This document shows, in pieces, positions 12,576 to 25,100 of a DNA stretch of 64,000 bases. The stretch covers positions 3,162,001-3,226,000 of the forward strand of contig JBHGNT010000005.1 in the NCBI GenBank assembly GCA_043228905.1, given 5' to 3'. A model generated the notes under the pieces. It did no database searches. It saw only the letters and a program-made list of their open reading frames with translations, and had not been told where the DNA came from. Made by a program: the position numbers and the translations under genes. Numbering within the stretch: position 1 is the stretch's first letter; every line of letters starts with the position of its first letter. This DNA comes from Azolla caroliniana. Lineage: Eukaryota > Plantae > Polypodiophyta.

Positions 12576-14600
12576 TCATGACCTCTTTTGAGACCATGTA
12601 GCAACAGGTGCATCTGGGAGACTACCCCACTCAGTCCAAGAACCATCATATACAGCAACATCTTCTATACCGAGACGATTTAGTGCCTATATGACATCAA
12701 AGAGCCATTTGTAAAGAAAGAAGTGGTTTACAAGAACAAATGTTTTTAATGTAAACACTTACCAATGTCAGAACGCATGCAGTCACCCCAGTTCCACAAG
12801 AGGTTACTATCGGAAATTTAAGTTCAACACCTACAAAAGTGTAGAGAACCAACAATGTTTATTGTGAAATCAAACAAAGCCTAATATATTAAAATCTTTA
12901 TGGTCAAAAGGCCGTCTATTATATTAGAATCAGAACATGCCATGAAACTATCAACCAAATCGAAGTGTTCGGTGCTATGGTGCTAAAATAATTGATGACT
13001 TGACAATTGATTATATCATATACTGCAAGGCAAGAACTTTATCCTATAATCAAGAATAAGCATAGCTTCTACACTGACTAGGCTATTTACCTGCTTCTTG
13101 AAACTTTTCCTTCAGTTCTGCTGCTTTCAGCAAAGTTAAACCGTCTTTGAGAACCTAGATTTCAAAGTTACAGGTTATTGAAGAAAATCAGGTGACTGAC
13201 AATGAGATGTATATGGGTTGAATGAGTTTCCGAATTCATTTCCACCTCATTGAAAGGAATACATCTGCTTCCAGGTACATGCCCTCCTTTTACACCTTTC
13301 CGTGGTTCTGGTTCAATACCATCGAACCTAAAAGAAATTACAAGTATGATACTAAACTTCATAAAGAATCTGTCACGGTTTCAACACATAACCTTCGGAT
13401 CAGTCAGAGACAATCTATTCCTCGATGTCTGTTCTACAGATATTTGCCATATAAAAGACTTTAGATGATGAATTTACCTGAACGCACTCCATTTCTGACG
13501 TTGAACATACAATTCTAGACAACTGTACTCCTAAGCACATTTGTTTCGGGACAGAAAGATTTAAGTTAATGCAAAAGTGATGGTGATTTTAGCTACCAAC
13601 CTTGCATTACATCGGGCATCCACAAGCACACGTTTATTATCCTCTATATTCCTCTTCACCTGATTACCAAAGGCTAACCCTATGAAGTTTCACAAAAGTC
13701 TTCACATGGAATTAATACATTGAAACAAACAAGATAGCTTCTTACCTGATCAGCTGACCAGACACGTTCATGCTGAAGAGACACTTTAAAGTTTGGTGTT
13801 CCTATCTTTACAATAATACCAAGAAGTTAGCATCTTCTATCTTTATAGATTCCTGGACAGTTACAAAAGAACAAGAGGATATAACTGATAGGAATGACTG
13901 CTACCTATTTATTGTCCTTTTAATTTTATACAAAAGAGCAACAGGATATAACAGATAGGAATGACTGCTACTTTATAACAGTGGAATTGACACCGCCTAT
14001 AACTGGGAGAGCATTTAACTAACTAAAAGAACCCAAATGGCTATCCTTTGTAACTATAGTGTAAAACTTGTGAGTACAAACTACTTGTTCAATGTAGATG
14101 CTCTATTACTATAGGATGCAAACCCTGCTAACAATGTACGATAAAGAATGCATTCACGAACAAGTATCCATAAGAAAACATGGGCAGAATAGATGAAATA
14201 ATAGAAATACAACAAACACCTGCAAACAGGAAATCCAAAAGTTCCAATCTTTATCATATATGCACATAATATATCATACAGGAAATGTACGTCTCGGTCT
14301 AACAATGTTTCAAACCTCCTCTCCACGATAGAATTTCTTCACTGCTTCAGACGCACTTTCTATGCTTCCCAATATCTCTTTTGAAGCGTTGGTTTCTAAT
14401 GGAAATCCATAGGAACGCCATTGTGGAAGACCGCCATCAAGAACAAAGACATTCTCATGGCCAAAAACTCGAAACATCCTGAACATGACAATGAAGAATT
14501 TCTAGATATTGGGAAAGGTAGAATTAAATGCTGGCAACGGAAAGTTTGACTCAAGTTTATGCACATTGCACGCAAGATAAGTAGAATTCAAGAAAATAAT

Positions 14601-14631
<31 letters not shown>

Positions 14632-14759
14632 TTAGCCTTCGATCGCTACCAACCTCACAAGGATGTCATCAATTCGCAGGTGGTTATTAAGTAAAAAGTA
14701 TAATATAAATGGCTACCAAAGTTCTTCTTTTGAACTTTCAAGAAGGCCTGAATATTAAT

Positions 14760-14812
<53 letters not shown>

Positions 14813-16491
14813 GAAAATTATATTTCGTCCAGTTACTTACCACCAGACTCTTGCAGAGCTGAAGATTCCTTTCCCATCATAGATGACTACAGTGTCACTA
14901 TTGTTGAGACCCAAAGAAGAGACTGCAGCAGCAAATGCCAGTTCAGATGGAAGCATGTGCGGTAACTGCAGCTCCAGATTTGGATTAAGAACCCAATATT
15001 AACCATATAAACTAGCACAACATATGAATCATAAGTAGACATTTTATCCGCGATGCATCATATGCATGAAACACATACAAAAACACATAAAATATATCAT
15101 AAGTAGGTATCAATATAAACAATGCAACATATATCATTAATAGGCAATTTATCCTGAATACATTATGATAGATATACTTACATTGGAGGTTAAATCTACC
15201 ACACCATCAACGTCAAAAAATAATGCACCAGGAATATGGCAACCCTATCATGATACAGCGTTGGTCAGTTATGATGACAGAACTTTTTGCCATTGTATCA
15301 ATAAAATCGAGCTCTTCGATAGTTAACCTTATACTCTTCATACGGATTCCTTTGAGCAGCAGGCATATACCATGATGCATCCAGAATCTGATCACAAAAC
15401 AATATAAAGAAGCAGTCACGAAAGCAAGAAGGTAAACATATTGCAATTTCTCCCCGTAATATCAATCATGTGAACAATGATGAGATCAAGCCAGGCTCAG
15501 ACAGTGGACTGATTTCCAAAAATTTTATACCATTCTTCTTTGCAAACATAATTATTTTTAACTTTGATGCCAGCTAAGTGCCTCAACAGTGGGAAGTGTA
15601 ATGCAATTAATTACACATAATCTTTGATGGCAGTCAAACCTTTTGTCATCACCAAAAGGATTTAAAAAGACGGTGCTTTGAAAAAATGAAGAACAAGAAT
15701 TTACACAATCATAAAAGCTTGAGAGCATTCTAAACATCACATTCTAGAATCATTTCCCATGTCCTAAAGTGTTGGAGACGGAAGATAGCAAAGTCTTAGG
15801 GCATGAAAATTTTGGAGATTTGAAGTACACGCAACTGATGAAATGACCATGATACTCAAAACATCAATTACATTTCTAATAATCACGATTTTACAATAAT
15901 TTTGCATCAAAGAATCGAGAAACCAAATACATACCCTACTAATGAAGATTGAAAATTTGTTCTAATTACAAAATAAAGGACTGTGCAGAAGATGATACAG
16001 AGAATGTGTCATTAGTCTCTATTATGAGCTCTAAATAACTTGGCACAATCAAATAATGTAGAAGCAAATTCATTCCCTACAATTAATCAGATTACCGTCA
16101 CTAGAAGAACAAAATATATATCGAAAGCATGGATTTCCAATCAAAATAACATAGATGAAAGAAGAAGACATACCTTGATATTGTCATCCCTCAGATGAGA
16201 TAGAAGCCATTGTGCAGATACAGCAGGATCTGTAGCATTCTTCTGAGGTTCAATATTAAGTGGCTCAATAGAGAAGCTTTGGATTGCAGAAGAGATTGGA
16301 TTCAAAAGATGTGCGAAATGAACTTCTTCTTCTTCTTCTGCTGCTGCTGCTTCCACAAGGCGAGTGGAAGAAAAAGAGGAGGAGGAGGAGGAAGAAGAAG
16401 AAGAAGAAGAATCAGGAAAACAAGAATAACTCTTCAAAAGGGGAGAAAGGACAAGGAAGAAGAAGAAGAAGAAGCAAAGAGAGGTGGCCAT
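12576..16491 (-). CDS. STR: Two-domain rhodanese / 3-mercaptopyruvate sulfurtransferase (STR1/STR2-like), 11 exons, ~390 aa
   Basis: Exons (minus): 16491-16174, 15387-15328, 15244-15182, 14965-14841, 14478-14316, 13805-13746, 13659-13601, 13327-13246, 13154-13091, 12830-12763, 12686-12576 (1173 nt). Motifs: ILDASWYMP, HIPGALFFDVD, LPHMLPS, RVWWMFRVFGH, LDGGLPQW, GHVPGS, active-site loop CGTGVT, YDGSWTEW. Confidence 0.96.
14606..14807. repeat. (CA)n at ~14606-14631 and (AT)n at ~14762-14807, intronic microsatellites
   Basis: Read directly from the sequence. Confidence 0.9.
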
Positions 16492-17201
16492 GGAAGCTTC
16501 TGGAAAAATAGGGTACTTCCGGCTTCGGGAAGAATTTCTGCATACATATATACTGTTTGGGGCTCGCTCATATTAATTAAAATTTAATATATACATAAGA
16601 TACATACGTGTTGCGTGTGTCCAAATATGTACATAATGGGAGACATGGCCTCCAAAATGGTGGAACCAATCAATCTCTTCTTCCTATGTATACATACCGA
16701 GGTGTACTTACTAGTAGCACATACATAGTTAGAAACACCTGATTTAGTTTATTTTATTTTCTTCCAAAAACAGAAACACCAGATTTCTTCCTATGTAAAT
16801 ATATACTGATGTATCCTACCGTAGTAGTAATAGTAGTAGTAGCAGTTTGAAACACGTTTTGTGCATCATAAGAAAGAGCACACTGTCAATGAGAGGCATT
16901 CATCATCAATGCATGTTCAGAGAGGCATTCATCATCAATGCATGTTCGGCTGTTTAGACACCTGGTCCAACATATTTATTAGCGCTCATCGGTTTTATGG
17001 CTGCGCTTTGCTGACTGTTTTAGGTTGCTAGTCATGAGTTTTAAGGCTTGTTATAGAATCCCCAACATACTTCTTGGTTTACTATCTTGCTTGCCAACCA
17101 TTTACTCACAATTTCATAATTTATCATTAAAAGTGTCATAGGCCAATCTCAATCTCTTCTAGATTTTACATCAAGACAAGTAATTCTCCACCAAAGCCTA
17201 T

Positions 17202-17592
17202 ATTATAAAGAATCAAGAGATAGATTCTTGTGAAGCGGAAGAGATGTGAGTTATGTGTGTGTGTAAGAGAGAGAGAGAGAGAGAGAGAGAGTGAAACACA
17301 AAGAATACGCAAGGTAAAAAAGTATATTGACAAAAGAGAAAGACTCAAAATTACACAAGGTGGGAGGAGGGTGCTTTATGTAGTCACCCTCTCTCTTCAT
17401 TAACTACAAGCCTCATGGAGCATGGGGAATGTGAAAGCTCATAAGTTATGTGTTATAGAATATAATTCTATGACTCATACTAAATACTAGAATACAAAAT
17501 GGTGACATAATGGTGACTCTTGACCGTTGGAGTGTCTCTTCACTCTCAAGGTGAGTTCACACACTAGACCAAGTTAAGCTTGATTCTCAACA
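17202..17592 (-). mobile_element. Solo LTR (probably Copia-type) with 5-bp target-site duplication CCTAT
   Basis: Imperfect inverted termini (T[A]TAAAGAATCAAG ... CTTGATTCTCAACA). CCTAT at 17197-17201 and 17593-17597. Internal (GA)n tract. Removing it restores one copy of a flanking ~60-bp tandem pair. Confidence 0.65.
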
Positions 17593-18512
17593 CCTATGAA
17601 TGCAAAGTCAACTAGATTTTACATCAAAGCAAGGAATTCTTTGCCAAAGCTTATCAATGCAAAGTACTTCCCTTTAACATCCTAGGATGAAACGTCAACA
17701 TTGTAAGAAGGCCAAAGATAAAACCTTTACTCATTGATATTCAAAAGATGACCATAGCACAATGTTAAATGATTCATTGTGAAGTTTGATCAAAACTCAT
17801 AAGCCCTCCTCCCTCCATCTCCTAGGCGCAAGGCAACTTTAATCAATATGTTGATCAATTCTTTGTTGATAGGCTAGTGTGGGTGATGCAATTAGAAGAA
17901 TTGGCACTCATCACTTGGCACTTTTCAAAATAATAACCTTCTGCTTTTTTCAAGTTGGAGTTAGAAAGCATCTATCTCGCCCTATGGAGTGGTGCTTTTA
18001 AACATTTTAACTTTTCAATTGTGGTGGTGGTGATTTGAAAAATACCCAAGAATCCCCACCAACTTGAGACATAGCCTTTAACCACCAAGGACACAAAGTA
18101 CACCCATTCTCAATAATCCAATATCAATAGTCTAAATCAAGTACCTCATCCAAAACAAGCAATCATTCATTATCACAAACCAGCATAGATCTGGTTTCAA
18201 TACAGGATATGAGTTTGTGAAAAACTGTAATACTATGTGACCACTGACATGTCTCATATTTAACTGCACTAATGCTTGATGAAACATTGCATAGCAAATT
18301 GCAGCATTCAAAATTTCAGTAAGTTAGAAACATTGTTTCGCAAATGCTCACTCTCATCACCATCACTGTAAATTAAACTGTCCAATATCAAATATATGAT
18401 ACAAGTGAGGCCTCCTTTGCATCTGCAAATTGCACCTTCACATTACAGCATCAAGCAATTACTTGACAAAATGCAAATATAATCGAGAGTTATAGTAAAG
18501 CCATATATTTCA

Positions 18513-19951
18513 TTATTTGCCTCTAGCTATAGAGATAAATATCAATGGCAACATAAACAAGAATGCAAGGAATGCCATGGCTGCAGCTGCATTTGCTTGG
18601 GTTATAAAGTTGTTGGTAGTGTTCCAGCTCGTGGTTGCCCCAAAGGTTGCTGAGCTTCCCGATAACAAAAGAATCGCACAAATCTGATAATAGAAGAAGA
18701 AGAAGAAAATAATCAAAATGCTCTACACATTTCTCCACACAAACCTTACAGGGCTCTCTAAAATTCCCGTTCTATTGTTGTGTATCACATGCTATGGCAA
18801 GAAATAAACAAAAGTTTTCGTAAACATCCATAATGAATCAAAACACGTGTTTTCTGAAATGTGCATTCCATATTGAATCAACAACAGGATTAAAAGACAT
18901 GATTTTTTTTAATGGCAATGAGCATTCAAAAAATGTCTTAAAAATGCATGATTTAACATTACTGACATTGCAAAGAATTACAAAGGATAAAAAGACATGA
19001 GACAGAAGATCAAATAAAGGTGAAGCAAATGATAGTACCAGATCTGATACTATAGAGGATATGGTGTAGAATCCGATGGGTATCAAGCTTTCTGATGTCA
19101 TCAAACCACGGGCACAGAGGAGACTTTGTGCCAAGGAATACAAGAAGGGTAATATTGAGGAGGCAAGAAGGTAGCTGAAAATACATTCCAAATCTTCGAA
19201 TGTGAGAACTTAGTATTTTTTTCAACAATAGACATAGCATGAAAAACAGCTAACTTATGAGAATGTAATGCACATGATCATATATCAGAAACATGGTCAA
19301 AAACTGGTATCGATGATCGCCTTTCATCGGCATGGTTGCACAAGCATATAAATCCATACAAACTCACACACATACACACATACATACACACAGACACACA
19401 TACACACAGACAGACAGACAGAGAAATAAAACACATATGCAAGTACACATACATACATACATAAATATATGTTCACAAACACGTTTATCCGCACATCATT
19501 CAACCCATACATACATATTTTGTACACAAAGTAAACAGGTATCCACACAAGAAACCCTACCTCCACCCATACATCGATACTTATGTAAATGCATACATAA
19601 ATTCATCCTTCTATGCGTACATAATCATCCAAATACAATCCCACATATATAAAACACATGCAAGATATAGGCCAAAGATCAAATTTATTCATCCAAACAG
19701 GGAGGGAGGGACATATGGTATGCGTGATCTCATTACTTCATGGGCACAACGACTGTGAAACCATGGTCTGAGGCGACGAGGCAGAGCGCGATGAGCGTGA
19801 GAGCAGTGACAGATAATCGCAGGGAAAGCTCAGTAATCGCAACATATGATCTGTGTGTATATCTGGGTGGGATACTATAGCCATAGCCAGCGCTCTTGCC
19901 TTCTTCTGCTTGTGTTGTAGCAGGGGCAGGGTCAGGGGCACTGGTTTCCAT
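18513..19951 (-). CDS. CASPL: CASP-like (CASPL/DUF588, MARVEL-type) four-TM protein, closest to CASPL4 type, 3 exons, ~173 aa
   Basis: Exons: 19951-19737, 19174-19039, 18683-18513 (522 nt). TM1 ELSLRLSVTALTLIALCLVASD (conserved Arg), YLL...LYSLAQ, SD|LICAILLLSGSSA (conserved Asp), F..QANAAAAMAFLAF. Three-exon layout is typical of the family. Confidence 0.88.
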
Positions 19952-22188
19952 GGATCTGCGACGGTCTTGTTACAGAACGCCCATGGGAGCTCGAGTCTCT
20001 CTATCTCTCTCTCTGTCTGTTTTTTTTTTGGGTGTGTGAAAAGCTCTATCTCTCTATTTCTGTCTGTGTCCTTGGCCTTGGCCAAAGTCAACTTTGCTAA
20101 AGTTCTCATGAGTCATCATGACTCATACCCATAGTTCTAGCAATACGTCTCATTCGTGCCATGCTCATACGTGAAAATTCGTGAGTGGGCTGGGTAGGAC
20201 GGACATCTTTGGACGCAAGGCGATTAGTTGTCAAAACAATGGGCAATCTAGGATTTTTGTCAGGGATTAGTTTTGACTAGGTCACCCGGAACTAGTTGGA
20301 GCTTAGACATATCTATTGATGAATTGCAACAATCATCGAAAAATCGCTATCCATAGCATCTATCGGTATGCATGAAATGGTATCCATAGCATCTCCTTTG
20401 AACTTGTTCAAATTCTTTCATGACACAAAAAAAGTATATGCTAATGCAGATGAATTAGGGCAAGCATAGAGAACATTTGTCGTGGATTTGCTCATACCAA
20501 ATGGCTTCACAAATATTTATATGGCTAATGTGGTGCAAAATCATTTGCTGTAAGAAAGGTGTGGAAGATAACGTGATATTCGTTTTGTGTTTTTTTGCTA
20601 GGAAACATTAGTATTAAGAAACCCCCAGTGCTATACATGAAGTATGTACATATAGGCAATAACCTTCATGCTAAATTCTACTTGGCAACTTAAATAAATC
20701 CTGCGGTATAGAGTAGAACCACTCAACCTTGTCCGAAATTTGCCTATAAAATATTCCTTTGTCTCATATGGCATGAAACTCCAATCGTTGTAATTCTGTC
20801 CCTTGCATATATACTTTTTATGTTATCCAAAGAACCTCTGAGATTATGCACAATCTCTGTCCCGATTCCAGAAATTAAATGTTTATTGTGTGTTCAGTAA
20901 AGCAATGGAGCAATTAAATGGACAAGCAAGCAAATTGCACTAAGAAGGTATAAAACTTCCTCAACCATCCACTTGGGCATTCACTTTGTATGAATATCCA
21001 ACTTTTATTTTAGTTGGTGGGGTGGGTGCTAGTATGAATCTACCCTCCAACTAGAAAAATTCTAAAAAAGGTGACATGCACTTGGAAGACATAAAAACCA
21101 AGCACACTACATTTTCTAATTTTGTATAGGAGTCACTCGTTTGAAGAATGTGTCCTACCAAAATGACTGGACATTGTAATCAATCATCTTTTTAGCTATA
21201 GACCCTAATTTCATGTAAAATGATGATGTATATGCAAGATACTAACTTATAACCATGCCGACAATGAGAATCAGCCTCGAGCAATGAGAATACAATGGAA
21301 GAAGCAAAAGAGAGTGAAAATTTGAGAAGGTAGGCATGCAAACATGAACCAAGAATTCTATATGTTGCATATGCTTGATATCAAGTGTTATGACATACAT
21401 GAGCTCCTTGAACCTTTATTTATAAATAGTGGTAAGGCATCATGTCTTTCTTGAGGTTCTACATTGTTATCCATATGGGTTCACAATGTCCATATTTCTT
21501 ATGTAGTTCCCTTAGTAGTAAAAGAGGTCGGGCAAGACAATCACAAAGTAGTATTTGAATATAGTATAAAAATTTAATCAAATATCTTAAGACTACTCAT
21601 ATGTAGAATTGATGCATTGCAAATTTCTTGTACTACTTTACACCCAACTGAATTTAGCTCATTTAGGAAATGTATCATGGAGGCATATTCTATTCTAGCT
21701 TCAACTATACTCTTCTTCATGCTTCATAGGTCTGCTAATCTTGAATCACATCAAAGAAGGATGACATAGGGTAATATAAGAGAGATTTTTTTTTTGCATA
21801 TTTCATAGTGAATTTTCAAAATTTCATAAACTGCCAATATTGCCCTCTAGCTTATATTCATGTGCACAAAAGAATTTGAATTGATTTGTCAAATTTAATG
21901 CACTACTATATAACAAGGTTTGATAGATTGGTTCTTCAGAAGAGGACCAAATGACGGGCAACAATGATATAAGATCATGTGTAATTGAAACACGCTTTCT
22001 ATGGTTAAAAGCATCAGTTCTTTAATACTCTGGATATCCTTTACTGTGGATCTTGTGTATATATTCAGCATCACATATCAAATCATGAATTGTGACATTA
22101 ATTGATTACATGAAAGAAAGAAAAAATAATGAAGACGAGTGTTACTGATAAGCAATTACATTGGCATATTGCTGAAGAAAGAAAGAAG

Positions 22189-25100
22189 CTACCGAGAAGC
22201 TAAAAGCCTGGCCAATTCACTGACTGGAAGCCCTCCTGACTTAGGCACATCAACTGTATGAGTCTTATAAGGTTGATATTGTGGTCGATTCTGCTTCTTC
22301 TTGGGCTTACCAAAATGGATTCTTACTTCATCATCTGGTTTTCTACTCTTTTCTGTCTTGAGTTTCAGTGTACTGATCAATCTTTCTGTATATGAAGGCC
22401 CAGCAGGAGCTGTTTTTGCTAGTTCCCATGCTTTCTTGGCCACTACATCATTATCAGAATTATTCCCATTCAGCTCTAATGCCATTCCAGATGCAATAGC
22501 ACCTTTCCATAGATCATCAATATACAAAACTATGCTGTCACATTGTTCATTGCTGTAAACCAGATCAACGCCATTTTCTTCTTCAGTCAGATTATCCATT
22601 TCACTTGTTGAAGAAACTAGTGAAGATACTATATTCGATCCACCAACAATATCATGCGACATTGCACCACTCTCAGAATCACTGTCACCATCACCAAAAC
22701 TCTCAGAATCACTTTCACCATCACCATTTTCATCTTCCAAGGTGCCAAATGATACCAATGGTGAAGATGAACTCTCATCCTCGGGAGAAAATTCCAGTAT
22801 AGTATTCTGTCCTAAACTTTGGGGAGCTTGTGTGTTAGACAGTGCAGAATTGCTTTCTATCCCTTTCCACATCAATATATGTTCATTATCAAAGGAAAGA
22901 AGCACGCAAGGCACTAGATCCTGCATGGAAAAAAATAACTTCAGTTTTCTTGTTAATTATCACAATGCAAGTCTAGAAAATAGCACTCCATGTTCATGTC
23001 CAGATTACCTTTAATTTTGCCCCAATTTTCTTGTAATCACTTGGATTCATCCCTCGACAATCGATGCGTACTAACTTGTCGACTTTAAAAGCAGCTCTTG
23101 TATCTTCAACAAGATTCAGATATACTCCATTCTTAACTGTCATTGAGATATCATCATATTACAATAGAAGTGGAGTTTCATAAAAAAGCATACCAAAAGA
23201 TGTTTTTCCTTAATTTTATATTATATATTATCCAATAAAAAAACATGTCAGATCAAAACGAACATCCACACCATCTGAAATTAAAGATTGAACATTTGCT
23301 GTTCCATAATCTATGTCTAGAGCATGTTGTCTCAAAACATATCAACATTGTCATCACATCACCGAGAACACACATCACAAGGACTCAAGCTCAAGTTTCC
23401 AATATTTGCAGTGTCCCATTATCTCAAACAAGGCACCATCCACCATAAATGGGTTACATATACGTACATATCCTTACCTAGCTTGCACATTGGTTCAACC
23501 TTCTCACCCAGTTGGCGTAGCTTCTTTGCTTCTTCTTTGGTCAAACCATCTGGAGCCTCTTGGATGAGCTTTGGATACACAGGAGTGACAGGTTTCCATA
23601 GCATAAGAGGAAATTTGGGGCGATCCTTATAGTTGTAATTACGTCCTCGATAAAGATACAAAATGCCTCCACTCCGATAAATTATTTTTCCACCCGTTTT
23701 ATCCTGTATGGTTTGCATGTTTACTTAATAACCGCACCCAAGAGCTGCATTTATTCTTCACAGCTAGCATGAAAAAAATTTGCAGAAGAAGAAATTGCAA
23801 AAGGATCCTAGATTCTTCTAGAAACCGATACATTCAACAGAACAAACCTCCACATGAAAACAAACATTGTCCATATCCAACGTAGGGACACCTATGCATT
23901 TGACTTTGCAAACCCTCCTTCTCTTCCAATGGCAGTGAATCAAGTCCAGCATGTTATGTGTTAATCCATCCCTACCTGCACAAATATGCAACATTCAGTT
24001 TTTCTCTGGTTGAATGAGAAGAATGAGCTGTAACCTAAAAAGCATCATTTCCCACAAAAAGTATTATGCACTGTACATATGTCATGTTACTAGTTGGGCT
24101 CATTTTTAAAGTCCACATACTATAAATTTCCATTCATCAAAAAAATAATTATGATATCCACAGATTTTATCTCTACATTCTCTTTCGTCCATAATCCTAT
24201 AATGGACTTGAAATTTTTCCTTCACGTATATTAACAGGAAAGTTGGATTAAGTGAATGATAGCTTGCTAGTTTAACTAGCCTTGTCCTTTGCATGGCATT
24301 TCATTCCCAAATAAATGTTGGCCATGAGCAAAGACCTTGGAGCTCTAGTAGCCTATGAGCCGAAAGTGATGGCTTTTCAATTGACATTTGACCGGGATGA
24401 GACTCTAGTTACTATCATATATCCAACTTAGCAATTGTATTTTGTATACATCCAATCTAAGGAACTGCATTTTGTTATACATAAAAACAGACTGCCAGAG
24501 ATAAGCCAGAGGAAGGTGAGGATTATGCCAAGTCAGCATGCCCTTATGCCCAAACAAAGGTTTTTTGTTTTAATGGCTAAACTTCTCATGATAGTCATAT
24601 TTATGGTTAACCTTCTCATCACTCTCCCTTTTCTGATTGATTTGGTTCATGGATAAATAGCTCTTAATAAGAAAATATACATATAGATGAAGTTTGGCAA
24701 ACATTCTAATAACAAATGTGCATCTATGCTCGAAGAGTCAAAGTTCTATCTTTGTATATAAGTGACAGCAATCATATAGAAATAAGTACGTTATGAAATA
24801 AGTGACAGCAATCATATAGAAACTGCATTGATGAAATCATTAATTCGTTCCTTTCTACCTAGCTATCAAGAATCTTCATGCTGACGTTTCAGTTCATGAT
24901 TTCCCAGCAGATATGGATGTATAGTAATATGTCTCAATGAGATGATATCTATGTGGTTACCTACACAGCATACTACTATCTAACAAAGGAAGGTAATAAA
25001 TATGAGATAAGTAATCCACAAATCTTTCTTCCTAAGTTCCAGGATCATACCAAGATTAAGTTGGCGCCTTTCTTTATAGCAACTCTCCACAAGCTCTGCG

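Noticed and set aside
16210-16587. Plus-strand Arg/Lys/Glu-rich ORFs
   Set aside because: Antisense shadows of the microsatellite-rich STR exon 1.
19324-19652. THTH/VCVC-rich ORFs on both strands
   Set aside because: CA/CATA low-complexity sequence inside CASPL intron 1.
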